Shown here in pieces: positions 17,546 to 26,986 of a DNA stretch of 64,000 nucleotides. Origin of the DNA: an uncultured Actinomycetes bacterium (GTDB taxonomy: Bacteria; Actinomycetota; UBA4738; JBBDTT01); contig CAVUMN010000003.1 in NCBI GenBank assembly GCA_963742735.1, forward strand, positions 320,001 to 384,000, given 5' to 3'. The notes under the pieces are model-generated. The model worked only from the letters and a program-made list of their open reading frames with translations, ran no database searches and was not told where the DNA came from. A program made the position numbers and the translations under genes. The first letter of the stretch is position 1. Each line of letters begins with the position of its first letter.

Positions 17546-20395
17546 ATGTCCCAGGTTGCTCGCATGCCACGGCCCAGGCGGCGATGGCCCGTCATCGCGA
17601 TCTCCGGTGGTGTCGGAGCCCTGATCGTCCTCGGCGGCCTGTCGGGCTTCTACACCAACCTCCTGTGGTTCAGGGAGGACGCGAAGCTCTCGTCCGTCTT
17701 CTGGGGGGTGTTCTGGTCCAAGGCCGTGCTGATCGCCGTCTTCGGCGCGGTGTTCTTCGCGCTGCTCTACGCGAACCTGCTGATCGTCAAGCGCTTCGCC
17801 CCCCGCTACCGCCTCTTCTCGCCCGAACAGGAGGTCGTCGACCGGTTCAAGGGGCAGATCGATCCGTACATGAATTGGTTGCTCCCGGGCGTGTCGCTGC
17901 TGTTCGCCGCGTTCGCCGCGCTCGGGGTCACCGGCCTGTGGGAGCGGTTCCTGCTGTGGCGCCACGGCGGGGAGGTCGCGTTCGGGCAGATCGACCCCCT
18001 GTTCGGTCGCGATCTCGGGTTCTACGTCTTCAAGCTGCCGTTCCAGCACTTCGTGCAGAGCTGGCTGTTCTCGTCGCTGGTCGTGATCACCATCGTCACC
18101 GCGGTCGCCTACTACCTGTGGGGCGGCATCCGGTTCCAGGCGATCGGCGAGAAGGTCACGCCGACGGTCAAGGCCCACCTATCGGTACTCCTGGGAATCA
18201 TCGTGCTCGTCAAGGCTTGGGGATACCGGCTGGGGCAGTTCGACCTGCTCACCTCCGAGCGAGGGGTGGTGACGGGCGCGTCCTATACCGACGTCAAGGC
18301 TCAGCTGCCGGCCCTTCGCATCCTGGTCCCGATCGCGATCGTGTGCGCCGTGCTGTTCCTGGTGAACATCAGGTTCCGTGGCTGGGCCCTGCCCGCCATC
18401 GGGATCGGGCTTCTGGGGCTGACCTCGATCATCGCCGGCGGCGCGTACCCGGCCTTCGTCCAGAACTTCCAGGTCAAGCCGCAGGAGCTGCAGCGGGAGT
18501 CCGAGTACATTGATCGAAACCTGGAGTTCACCAACCGCGCCTACGGGCTGGACGGGATCAAGACCAGCCCGTTCCAGGTCGACGAGGACCTCACGGCCCA
18601 GGAGGTGCAGGACAACCCCGCCACGATCAGCAACATCCGGCTGTGGGATCCGCTCACGCTCCAGCGCGGGTTCCGCCAGCTCCAGCAGATCAAGCCCTAC
18701 TACACGTTCGACGACGTCGACGTGGACCGGTACACGCTCGAGAACGGGCAGCGCCGGGTGGTCATGGTCTCCGGCCGGGAGATCCAGCAGTCGGGGGTGC
18801 CCGCCGCGAACCAGTCGTGGCAGAACCTGCACCTGTTCTACACGCACGGGTACGGATACGTGGCCAGCCGGGTCGACCGGGTGACGTCCGAGGGGCAGCC
18901 CGACTTCGTGGTGAAGGACATCCCTCCGGCCTCGGTCCCCAGCGAGGACTTCGAGGTGACCGAGCCCCCCGGACCGAGGATCTACTTCGGCGAGCACGAC
19001 GACGAGGAGTTCGTCGTGGCCCGCACCGGGCAGGAGGAGTTCGACCGGCCGGAGGGCACCGGACAGGGCGAGGATGCCACCGTCGTCTACGAGGGCGACG
19101 GGGGCGTCGAGGTCGGTGGGTTCTTCCGGAAGCTCGCCCTGGCGTGGAGGTTCCGCGACGTGAACCTGCTGATCTCGGGCCTGATCAAGCCGGACTCCAA
19201 GATCATGTACCACCGCACCATCCGGGACCGGGTCGAGAAGGTCGCGCCCTTCCTGAAGTTCGACCACGACCCCTACATGGCGGTGGTCGACGGCCGGCTC
19301 ACCTGGATCTGGGACGCTTACACCCACTCCAACGAGTACCCGTACTCACAGCGCCTGGAGCTGCAGAACGTGTCCGACCTCGAGGGTGAGGTCAACTACC
19401 TTCGCAACTCCGTGAAGGTGACGATCGACGCCTACGACGGGACGTTGCGGTTCTACGTGATCGACCCGACGGATCCGGTCATCCAGGCGTGGCAGGCCGC
19501 CTTCCCGGACCTGTTCACCCCGGACGAAGAGGTCAGCCCGAACCTGCGGGAGCACTTCCGCTACCCCGAGGACCTGTTCAAGATCCAGGCCGCGCAGTAC
19601 GCGCAGTACCACGTGCAGAGCGCGACCGACTTCTACTCCGGCCGCGACTTCTGGGCCCTGCCTCAGGATCCCGACCCGACGAAGACGAACGCCGAGACCC
19701 TCGACCCCTACTACGTGCTCATGCGGCTCCCGGGGGAGGAGCAAGAGGAGTTCGTGCTGTTCATCCCGTTCACCCCCAACGACCGCCCGAACATGATCGC
19801 CTGGTTCGCCGCCAAGTCCGACCCCGAGGGCTACGGGGAGCTCACCGCGTTCGACTTCCAGGCGGGCCAGAGCATCGACGGCCCGAAGCAGGTGTTCCAG
19901 CGGATCAACGCCGACACGGAGGTGTCGCGGGAGCGGACGCTGCTCGGGCAGAGCGGCTCCAACGTCCTCTTCGGGAACCTCCTGACGATCCCCATCGAGA
20001 ACTCGTTCCTGTACGTCCAGCCGATGTACATCGAGGCCAGTTCGAGCTCGGACCAGCAGGGCGCCATCCCGGAGCTCAAGCGGGTCATCCTCGTCCACGG
20101 AGAGACGGTGACCATCGCCGAGACGCTGCAGGAGGCCCTCGAGGCGTCGTTCGGCGAGGGCGGCGAGGAGCCTCCGCCGGAGGAGCCGGGTGTCGACCAG
20201 ACGATCCAAGAGCTCCTCCAGGAGGCTCTGCAGCACTTCCGCAACGCCGAGCAGGCCCTGCGTGACGGCGACCTGGCCGAGTACCAGACCGAGCTGGCCG
20301 CGGCCCGCGCCGCGGTCGAGGAGGCCGCGCAGCGCTCCGCGGAGGCCTCGGGCGAGGAGCCGGCGCCCACCCCGACCGCTTCCCCGAGCGGCTGA
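17546..20395 (+). CDS. UPF0182 family membrane protein
   Basis: DPLFGRDLGFYVF, NIRLWDP, YTHGYG and HFRYPEDLF motifs; next to tRNA-Met as in other actinobacteria. Confidence 0.93.
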   Translation: MSQVARMPRPRRRWPVIAISGGVGALIVLGGLSGFYTNLLWFREDAKLSSVFWGVFWSKAVLIAVFGAVFFALLYANLLIVKRFAPRYRLFSPEQEVVDRFKGQIDPYMNWLLPGVSLLFAAFAALGVTGLWERFLLWRHGGEVAFGQIDPLFGRDLGFYVFKLPFQHFVQSWLFSSLVVITIVTAVAYYLWGGIRFQAIGEKVTPTVKAHLSVLLGIIVLVKAWGYRLGQFDLLTSERGVVTGASYTDVKAQLPALRILVPIAIVCAVLFLVNIRFRGWALPAIGIGLLGLTSIIAGGAYPAFVQNFQVKPQELQRESEYIDRNLEFTNRAYGLDGIKTSPFQVDEDLTAQEVQDNPATISNIRLWDPLTLQRGFRQLQQIKPYYTFDDVDVDRYTLENGQRRVVMVSGREIQQSGVPAANQSWQNLHLFYTHGYGYVASRVDRVTSEGQPDFVVKDIPPASVPSEDFEVTEPPGPRIYFGEHDDEEFVVARTGQEEFDRPEGTGQGEDATVVYEGDGGVEVGGFFRKLALAWRFRDVNLLISGLIKPDSKIMYHRTIRDRVEKVAPFLKFDHDPYMAVVDGRLTWIWDAYTHSNEYPYSQRLELQNVSDLEGEVNYLRNSVKVTIDAYDGTLRFYVIDPTDPVIQAWQAAFPDLFTPDEEVSPNLREHFRYPEDLFKIQAAQYAQYHVQSATDFYSGRDFWALPQDPDPTKTNAETLDPYYVLMRLPGEEQEEFVLFIPFTPNDRPNMIAWFAAKSDPEGYGELTAFDFQAGQSIDGPKQVFQRINADTEVSRERTLLGQSGSNVLFGNLLTIPIENSFLYVQPMYIEASSSSDQQGAIPELKRVILVHGETVTIAETLQEALEASFGEGGEEPPPEEPGVDQTIQELLQEALQHFRNAEQALRDGDLAEYQTELAAARAAVEEAAQRSAEASGEEPAPTPTASPSG

Positions 20396-20406
20396 TAGAC
20401 TCGCTC

Positions 20407-20480
20407 TGCGGGGTGGAGCAGTCAGGTAGCTCGCTGGGCTCATAACCCAGAGGTCACAGGTTCAAATCCTGTCCCCGCGA
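20407..20480 (+). tRNA. tRNA-fMet (CAT), initiator type
   Basis: Cloverleaf; CTGGG-CTCATAA-CCCAG anticodon arm with 3 consecutive G-C pairs; GTTCAAATC T-loop; weak U1-G72 pair; CCA not encoded. Confidence 0.95.
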
Positions 20481-20484
20481 CAAA
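20439..20484 (+). repeat. attL core (46 bp)
   Basis: CTCATAACCCAGAGGTCACAGGTTCAAATCCTGTCCCCGCGACAAA, identical to 29792-29837. Confidence 0.95.
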
Positions 20485-20554
20485 GGAAACCGCAGGTCAG
20501 AGCGCCTGCGAGCGGATAGCCGGCCCTCGGAGACCACGGTCCCGGGGGCCGATC

Positions 20555-20572
20555 TGCAAACAGATTGCAAAC
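20555..20572 (+). promoter_or_regulatory. Putative integrase arm-type sites (TGCAAAC x2, 11-bp period)
   Basis: Same pair and spacing recur at 29655-29672 near attR. Confidence 0.6.
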
Positions 20573-20585
20573 GAGGCGGGGAGCG

Positions 20586-21203
20586 GTGGAGATCTGGGAG
20601 CTTTTGGGCGCGCTCCTGGTGGGGTTCATCCTCGGGGCATACGAACGCGGCCGAACGCTCGAAATCGCCGTGGCGGTCCAGAAGCTCGAGCGGCAACAAC
20701 AGGCTCTACTCCGGGCCCGCGAGAGGCTTAGGGAGCTACTCGCCACCTTTGGCCGCGACGCCCAATCGGATCCGCGATTCGGACTGAAGGGACAGCCGGA
20801 TCGAGAATGGCTAGCAGCCAAGGATGCCCAACTCGCCCGGCTAAGGGAGTGGTGGAGGGGCTGGGTCGATGAGACGGAGCTGGCCGTTTATGACGACCAA
20901 CTGCTGGCCCGAGTGCATGGAGTCATGGGAGAAGGCAGGGCGCGTCGTCGCTACCCGCTTCTCTGGGAAGCCCAGGATTCCCTCGCGCTCTATTCGCTCA
21001 AGCCTGATGTGGTCTCTGCCTCGCTGGCCAATCGACACCTTGAGTTGGCGATGATCGCGCTTGGATACATCGAGGATTTCGTCAAACAGGCGATCCGAAG
21101 GATGGAGCCTCCAAGCCGCAGAGGGGGGCTGGCCTCCGCGCTGATGCTCTGGACACGGCGAGCGTGGCGACGCCTTGATACGTGGCTTAGCTCCTCCCGC
21201 TGA
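20586..21203 (+). CDS. Hypothetical cargo protein with N-terminal TM helix
   Basis: ~205-aa ORF; WELLGALLVGFILGAY hydrophobic stretch followed by a helical region. Confidence 0.6.
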   Translation: MEIWELLGALLVGFILGAYERGRTLEIAVAVQKLERQQQALLRARERLRELLATFGRDAQSDPRFGLKGQPDREWLAAKDAQLARLREWWRGWVDETELAVYDDQLLARVHGVMGEGRARRRYPLLWEAQDSLALYSLKPDVVSASLANRHLELAMIALGYIEDFVKQAIRRMEPPSRRGGLASALMLWTRRAWRRLDTWLSSSR

Positions 21204-21218
21204 CGCCAGTCGTCCGAC

Positions 21219-22448
21219 CTACGCCTCGAGGATCATCGTGGCAACTCGGTTGGCTGCCTCCTCCTGAAGTCCCGCGATCGCGTGCGAGTACGTGTCCAGC
21301 GTGATGGAGACCGTCGCATGGCCGAGGCGCTCGCTTACGACCTTGGGATGAACGCCGGCGGCGAGGGCTGCCGTCGCGTAGGAGTGGCGCAGGTCGTGGA
21401 GTCTGATCCGGGGGAGCCCCGCGCCGCGAGCGTGACGGAGGAACTGATCGGCGAACGCCTCCGGGTGGATCAGGGAACCGTCCTCGCGGGTGAACACAAG
21501 GCCCGAGTCCTGCCACGCCGGGCCCCATGCCATCCGCTCCTCAAGCTGGCGCTTGCGGTGCTCCCGCAGGCCGGCGACGGTGGCGGGGTCGAGGGCGAGC
21601 TGGCGGCGGCCCTTGCTGGTCTTGGGCTCTGAGGTCGCGGGCTTGCCGTCCACAACCACGAGCGTCTGTGTGATGGCCGTGCGGCCCGCGTCAAGGTCCA
21701 CGTCCTGCCAGCGCAGCCCAAGGGCCTCGCCCCGGCGCATGCCGGTTGTGGCCAGCAGCAGCCACGCCCCGTAAAGCCGATCCTCCCGAACGTGGCCGAG
21801 GAACTGGCGCAGCTCGGGCGGAGCCCAGACGTTCATCTGGCGGCGTCCAACGCGGGGAGGGTCCGCAACCTCTGCGACGTTGCGAGTCACGCGCCCCCAG
21901 CGGAGCGCGTCCGAGAGCGCCTTGTGGATCACAACGTGAATGTTCCGGGCGGTCTTGGGGGAGAGGCCCTGGCCGTCGCGGCGTCCGTTGGCGAGCAGCC
22001 GGCCGTAGAACCCGTTGAGCGCGGCGGGGGAGAGCTTCTGCAAGGGCAGCGCACCCAGGGCCGGCACAACGTGCTTGTTGATATTCACGCGGTAGCTGGC
22101 CAGCGTGGTGGCCCGGACGGTGGACTCGATCGCGGGCAGCCACTCCTCGAGGAGAAACTGCCCGAACGTGACCCGGCTCGGGGGGATGTACGTCCCGCGG
22201 TTCAGGCGGCCGAGGATCTCGGGGAGCTCCTGCTGCGCCTCCCGCCGAGTCGGGAATCCGCCGTGCCATTGCTGGCGGCGCTCGTCCCGATCGGGGAGCA
22301 AGGCGGCTCCGCAGCGGGCGCAGTCATCGCGCCGGCCGTCCGCCGTCCAGTACCGGGTGCGGCAGGCAGGGCAGGACCGGGCGGGCTGGCGGCCCACGTC
22401 CACCACCACGGCCCAGGTGCTTCCGCGCTTCCGAACGTGACCCCTCAT
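21219..22448 (-). CDS. int: Tyrosine recombinase/integrase
   Basis: TGMRRGEALGLRW, RLHDLRHSYAT and VSERLGHA..TLDTYSH; N-terminal arm-binding domain. Confidence 0.95.
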   Translation of the reverse strand: MRGHVRKRGSTWAVVVDVGRQPARSCPACRTRYWTADGRRDDCARCGAALLPDRDERRQQWHGGFPTRREAQQELPEILGRLNRGTYIPPSRVTFGQFLLEEWLPAIESTVRATTLASYRVNINKHVVPALGALPLQKLSPAALNGFYGRLLANGRRDGQGLSPKTARNIHVVIHKALSDALRWGRVTRNVAEVADPPRVGRRQMNVWAPPELRQFLGHVREDRLYGAWLLLATTGMRRGEALGLRWQDVDLDAGRTAITQTLVVVDGKPATSEPKTSKGRRQLALDPATVAGLREHRKRQLEERMAWGPAWQDSGLVFTREDGSLIHPEAFADQFLRHARGAGLPRIRLHDLRHSYATAALAAGVHPKVVSERLGHATVSITLDTYSHAIAGLQEEAANRVATMILEA

Positions 22449-23086
22449 GACTTTGCCTTTCGCTTGCGGCCGGGCTTTGACCCGGCGGCCCTTCCGCGGC
22501 TCGTGGGGGGGAGCAGGCCCATTGCTCGGGCCCGTGCCACCCACTTGGCTGCGGCTGATTTGCTGACGTGGCCCCACTCCGCGACCCGGGCCGTTGGGTT
22601 CTTGAGGCCCGCCTTGAACGCTTCGGAGTAGACCCGGGCCACCTCGCGGAAGTGATCCGAGCCCAACGCGGGCGGCCGTCCAGGCTTGTTGCGGCGTGGG
22701 GTAGCGGCGAGGGCCCGCAAGGGCTTATCGGCGGCGAGCTGCTCTTGCCCGCTGCCGTGCTCGGAAACGTCGAGCAGATGCTCCGCGTACAACTCGAGCC
22801 GCTTGTCGATCAGCTCGGCGAGGGGCAGCTCGCGCTTGGTCGTCGCGGTCAGCCGGCGGAGGTCGCGGTCAGGGTGCCCCTTTGGCCTGCCATCCCGATC
22901 TGTATCGAAGGATCGAAGATCCAGCCCGACGCACTCCATCCGGCCATCGAGCTCGGCGAACCAGAGCGTTACGACCCACGGCCCCTTCCCGGGGTGCGGC
23001 CACAGGAACGAATCGCGCAGCCTGGGCACCTTGCTCATGCGTCGGGCCCGCTGGCTGTGGTACTCGAAGGTGCCCTCCTCGTTCAC
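22445..23086 (-). CDS. DUF6214-like DNA-binding protein (C-terminal HTH)
   Basis: GRPP..FREVARVYSEA..NPTARVAE..SKSAAAKWVARARAMGLL pattern; ATGA-coupled to the integrase. Confidence 0.65.
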   Translation of the reverse strand: MNEEGTFEYHSQRARRMSKVPRLRDSFLWPHPGKGPWVVTLWFAELDGRMECVGLDLRSFDTDRDGRPKGHPDRDLRRLTATTKRELPLAELIDKRLELYAEHLLDVSEHGSGQEQLAADKPLRALAATPRRNKPGRPPALGSDHFREVARVYSEAFKAGLKNPTARVAEWGHVSKSAAAKWVARARAMGLLPPTSRGRAAGSKPGRKRKAKS

Positions 23087-23210
23087 CCCCGCAGTCTATC
23101 CCGAGCGGGAACGCTTAGGCAACACGTTCCCTGAATATCCCCCTTGTTTGTGCTCGGAATTAGGGGTAAGGCGTTGTCAGAGCGTTCCCTAACCCCTACC
23201 GTGCCGAGGC

Positions 23211-23438
23211 ATGGACGACGAACTGATGCAGGTGTCGAGGGCTCGGGCTCTGGTGAGCAGCGGGGCCGCTCGCTCGGTGCGGTTGGGCGCACGTCTCTCA
23301 CTCTGGGAGCTGGCAGGGCAGATCGGATGCGCGCCCTCCACGGTCCTCCGGTGGGAACGGGGCGATCGCATTCCGCGGGGCGGCCTGGCTGTGCGCTACG
23401 TCGAAGCCCTGGACACGCTGATGAAGGCCGCCCAGTGA
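23211..23438 (+). CDS. XRE-family HTH regulator (Cro-like)
   Basis: LSLWELAGQIGCAPSTVLRWERG. Confidence 0.8.
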   Translation: MDDELMQVSRARALVSSGAARSVRLGARLSLWELAGQIGCAPSTVLRWERGDRIPRGGLAVRYVEALDTLMKAAQ

Positions 23439-23656
23439 AGGCTCTCGAGGACTACCCCCTGGTGATGCGGCCCGAGGAGGTCGCCGAGGCCCTTCGCTGC
23501 GGGCGGTCCTCGGTCTATGAAGCCATCCGCCGGGGGGACATTCGAGCAGTGCGCCTTGGCCGTCGCGTGCTGGTTCCCAGGGCCGCGCTGGAGGAGCTTC
23601 TGGGTATCCAGGGAGCGGCGCAGCCGGCTTCGGTTTCCGAGGAGAGTGGGGCATGA
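23435..23656 (+). CDS. Excisionase-family DNA-binding protein (HTH_17)
   Basis: MRPEEVAEALRCGRSSVYEAIRRGDIRAVRLGRRVLVP; GTGA overlap. Confidence 0.85.
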   Translation: MKALEDYPLVMRPEEVAEALRCGRSSVYEAIRRGDIRAVRLGRRVLVPRAALEELLGIQGAAQPASVSEESGA

Positions 23657-24036
23657 CGGAGCCGGGCGACGTGCTCGCCGAGGTCATCAGCTTCCGCCGG
23701 GCCGCTCGGGCCATCGTCCGCGACGCATCGCTGGACAGGCACCAGAAGTACGCAGCCCTGATGCGACTGGCGATCCTCGCCCGTACCGAGGCTGCATTCC
23801 CGCGAGCGGCGCAGGGAGTCGTCGCTGATGAGGCGATCCCGCTACTGCATCCCGGGATGCATCCGGCACCGATCGACCCGGCAGAGCGGGAAGCGCGGCG
23901 ACTTCGCGCCCAAGGCTACGGGAGCTGCCCGACGTGCCTCCGGTCGCTTCCCACGAACGCCGAGCTTGACCGGTGGAGGCGGCTGGCGGAGGACGCTGCG
24001 ATGCGAGCGGCTCGCCGGGAGGCTCTGGTTCCGTGA
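23653..24036 (+). CDS. Hypothetical protein (CPTC motif)
   Basis: Coupled by ATGA/GTGA overlaps on both sides. Confidence 0.6.
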   Translation: MTEPGDVLAEVISFRRAARAIVRDASLDRHQKYAALMRLAILARTEAAFPRAAQGVVADEAIPLLHPGMHPAPIDPAEREARRLRAQGYGSCPTCLRSLPTNAELDRWRRLAEDAAMRAARREALVP

Positions 24037-25328
24037 GCTCCACCGAAACCGAGCTGCTCGACCGGGTGAAATCGAACCTGCCCCCGGCCGTGCTCCCTGC
24101 CCCCGAGGGCTGGCCACGGCTGGACCCGGCCGCCCGGTACGGGCTGGCGGGCGAGTTCGTCGCAACCGTTGAGCCACACACGGAGGCGGACGCGGTTGGG
24201 CTGCTGGTGGACTTCCTCACCGCGTTCGGCTCCGCCGTTGGCCCTGGCCCTCACGTCGAGGCAGACGGCGCTCGCCATGCCGGCGCACTGTTCGCCCTCC
24301 TGGTGGGCAACACAAGCCGGGCTCGGAAGGGAACTGCCCGGAAGCAGGTCGCTCGGTTCTTCGAGGGGGCGGATGCGGCCTGGGCGACGGGATGCGTCAA
24401 GGGCGGCCTGGCGTCGGGCGAGGGACTGGTGGCCGCGCTCCAGGATCCGCCAGAGGGCGAGGGCCGGCGAGACCCCCGCCTGCTTCTGGTTGAGGAGGAG
24501 TTCGCCCGCCTCTTGGCCGCTGCCGGGCGTGAGGGCTCAACGCTGAGCCACGTTGCACGCCAAGCCTGGGATGGCGGCCCGATCGCGGTGCTCACCCGCA
24601 AGGACCCGCTGAGCGCTTCGCCGAGTCACGTCTCGCTGATTGGCCACGTCACCGAGGAGGAGCTGCGCCGGCGACTGAGCTCGACCGAGGCCGCGAACGG
24701 GTTCGGCAACCGTTTCCTGATCGTCTTGGTACGGCGCTCAAAGCTGCTGCCGAGCGGGGGCCGGCCTGCCGAGGGGGACTTTGTTCGCCTGGTTCGCTTT
24801 ATTCGCAACCGGTTGGAGGACGCCAGGAGACACACGCTGATCCAGCGCTCTCCCGATGCGGAGGGGTTGTGGGCGGACCTGTATCGAAGGATGGCCGCCG
24901 AGGATGAGCCCGGGATGGTGGGCGCACTTCTCGCCCGTGACTCCGCCCAGCTCCTCCGCCTTTCTCTGGTGTACGCGCTTACCGATGCCTCTCCGACGAT
25001 CGAGGTCCCGCACCTAGAAGCGGCTTGGGCCCTGTGGCAGTACTCGGCGGAATCGGTGCGGCACATCTTCGGGACCGTGCTGGGGGACGAGACCGCCGAT
25101 CGGCTGTACGCGGCGATCCTGGAGATGGGGGCAAAGGGCCTCGATGGAAAGGGGCAGCACGCCGCGTACGGCCGGCATGTTGACGGGGCGGAACTCGACC
25201 GGGCCCGGGCCGAGCTTGAGGAGCGCGGCCTGATCGTGACGCTCAACGTGGACACGGGTGGCCGGCCCCGCCTGGTCTCCTACGCGAAAGAAGCGAATAA
25301 AGCGAAAGAAGGTCCCCGTGGCCCGTGA
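24033..25328 (+). CDS. DUF3987/YfjI-like P-loop protein (putative replication helicase)
   Basis: YGLAGEFV..PHTEAD, LVGNTSRARKG, SGEGL, EEEFA, AWDG and NGFGNRF motifs. Confidence 0.75.
   Translation: MSSTETELLDRVKSNLPPAVLPAPEGWPRLDPAARYGLAGEFVATVEPHTEADAVGLLVDFLTAFGSAVGPGPHVEADGARHAGALFALLVGNTSRARKGTARKQVARFFEGADAAWATGCVKGGLASGEGLVAALQDPPEGEGRRDPRLLLVEEEFARLLAAAGREGSTLSHVARQAWDGGPIAVLTRKDPLSASPSHVSLIGHVTEEELRRRLSSTEAANGFGNRFLIVLVRRSKLLPSGGRPAEGDFVRLVRFIRNRLEDARRHTLIQRSPDAEGLWADLYRRMAAEDEPGMVGALLARDSAQLLRLSLVYALTDASPTIEVPHLEAAWALWQYSAESVRHIFGTVLGDETADRLYAAILEMGAKGLDGKGQHAAYGRHVDGAELDRARAELEERGLIVTLNVDTGGRPRLVSYAKEANKAKEGPRGP
25284..25310 (+). repeat. Three tandem 9-mers GCGAA(A/T)(G/A)AA, iteron-like
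   Basis: GCGAAAGAA GCGAATAAA GCGAAAGAA at the 3' end of the DUF3987-like gene. Confidence 0.5.
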
Positions 25329-25482
25329 GGCTGACATTGCCGAGTTCGAGGCAGCGCTAGAGCGCGGCGTGGTGGAGTTCGCAGAGCTTGCCGCCCAGGG
25401 CGACTGGGGGCGTGCTGAGACACAGCTCGGCGTGGTGTTTGGAATCGCCTGGCTCGTGAGCGCGTACGCCGATCGTGCGTGA
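25318..25482 (+). CDS. Small hypothetical protein
   Basis: GTG start overlapping the DUF3987-like gene end; 54 aa, helical. Confidence 0.4.
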   Translation: MAREADIAEFEAALERGVVEFAELAAQGDWGRAETQLGVVFGIAWLVSAYADRA

Positions 25483-25752
25483 GAGCTCCCAGGCCAAGGG
25501 CCGGCGCTACCTACCCGAGGGCCCGGCGGTATGTCCGAACGGCGGGGCCCGGCGGTATTCGAGAATCCGGGCGCTTCAAGCGCTACGACCTGCCCGTTTT
25601 CGGGCCTGCCCAGGAATGAGCGACCAGGGATTCTGGATCGGAGTGGCAAGCGAGGCGGCGGAGGATGCCGAGCAGCGTTGAGGAAGTCAAGGCGGGCGCT
25701 TCTTGCCAGGTGCACCGGAACCATTGACATGTCTCGCGGCAGAGGCGTACAA

Positions 25753-26202
25753 ATGAGCTTGGTGAAAAGCGCTCTGGCAGGCGGAAAGAGATCGATCCTC
25801 GTTGCCGCTTTCTTGCTCGCGGTCGTCGGCTTTGCGGCAGTGCTAACTGCTAGCGGGGGGGCGGAGGACTCGTCGGGCCTCGACTGCCCCGATGGATTTC
25901 GTAACACAGCGGTCTTCGAGCAAGGGGCTGAGTACGCCCCGTCGCCGGAAGATTCCGTGATGCGGACTGAAATACTTACGCAGCTGTTTGACCTACCACC
26001 GCAGGAGCGCCGCATGGGTACTGGCGGATCCGCTCGAGGCGGTATCGTCCGCTCAGACAACCGAGGCAGGCCGGACCGGGCTTCCTTTCAAGTCTTCCTG
26101 GACTCAAAGCCGCGTGCTTTGGTGACTTCAGTTCTCGTGGAGCCTGGCAAATGGCGTGTTACCACCGTTGAGTACTGCCCAAGCGCGGGTTCCTCCGACT
26201 GA
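25753..26202 (+). CDS. Secreted/membrane-anchored hypothetical protein
   Basis: KRSILVAAFLLAVVGFAAVL signal/anchor; two Cys near the ends of the soluble domain. Confidence 0.6.
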   Translation: MSLVKSALAGGKRSILVAAFLLAVVGFAAVLTASGGAEDSSGLDCPDGFRNTAVFEQGAEYAPSPEDSVMRTEILTQLFDLPPQERRMGTGGSARGGIVRSDNRGRPDRASFQVFLDSKPRALVTSVLVEPGKWRVTTVEYCPSAGSSD

Positions 26203-26203
26203 C

Positions 26204-26986
26204 ATGAACCCCAACATCGCCCCGCTTGATGCGAATGGCAAACGAGTGTGGCGGGGCCTTGAAGGACTTACCGTATTTGCGTGGGCGATCCTTCTGGCCT
26301 TTGGCCCCGTCACGATGGCCTATGCCCATTCAGTAGATCAATTCTGGGGTCCCGAGTGGGCAAACCAGGATAGGGGAACAAGCAAGCAGCATTTTTCGGT
26401 GACCGAAGAGGTCCCCGGAACGACGTCTTCCGCGACTTGGCCCCTGCGCGTCTACCAAGGGTCAGTAAGGTGGAACAACGTAGACATCGTCGATCCGGAC
26501 ATGTCATTCGGCGTAAAAGCCGCCATCGTCGCCAACTACAGCCCTTACAATCATTGCGGCTCGGACTACTTCTTTGAGAACGGCATGCACTACCGTGATG
26601 TCGCCGGGGACTCTTTGGCCGTGACGATCGTTTGCACCCAGAACACGATTTGGGGAGACCAGATTCGCAACTACCAAATGGTCTTCGACCCCAATGCCAC
26701 TACGTGGTACACCGGATCGGACCCCGATGCGGTGCCGTCCGGCTCAATGGATTTGATATACGTCGCTTCTCACGAGTTCGGCCACGCCGCTGGTGGCTGG
26801 AGCGATGACACTCCTGGCGGTCACTATGACTCGGCCAACAACAGCTTACTTTGCGGCATAGGTGTACCGGTGATAGATAGGCACACGATGTGCGCTTCAG
26901 CGACAGCCGGGCGGACGCTTGACTCGAGGGCGCTCGAGTATCACGACGTCGACGTTTTCATCGAGGTCTACGATTTCGGCGGTTAG
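26204..26986 (+). CDS. Secreted zinc metalloprotease (matrixin/metzincin-like)
   Basis: Signal peptide (AYA-HS); MDLIYVASHEFGHAAG...H; HTMC Met-turn candidate. Confidence 0.7.
   Translation: MNPNIAPLDANGKRVWRGLEGLTVFAWAILLAFGPVTMAYAHSVDQFWGPEWANQDRGTSKQHFSVTEEVPGTTSSATWPLRVYQGSVRWNNVDIVDPDMSFGVKAAIVANYSPYNHCGSDYFFENGMHYRDVAGDSLAVTIVCTQNTIWGDQIRNYQMVFDPNATTWYTGSDPDAVPSGSMDLIYVASHEFGHAAGGWSDDTPGGHYDSANNSLLCGIGVPVIDRHTMCASATAGRTLDSRALEYHDVDVFIEVYDFGG

Noticed and set aside
20407-20480. U1-G72 pair and missing CCA as signs of a tRNA damaged by integration
   Set aside because: The attR copy has the same 3' sequence; initiator tRNAs have a weak 1-72 pair and CCA is often added post-transcriptionally
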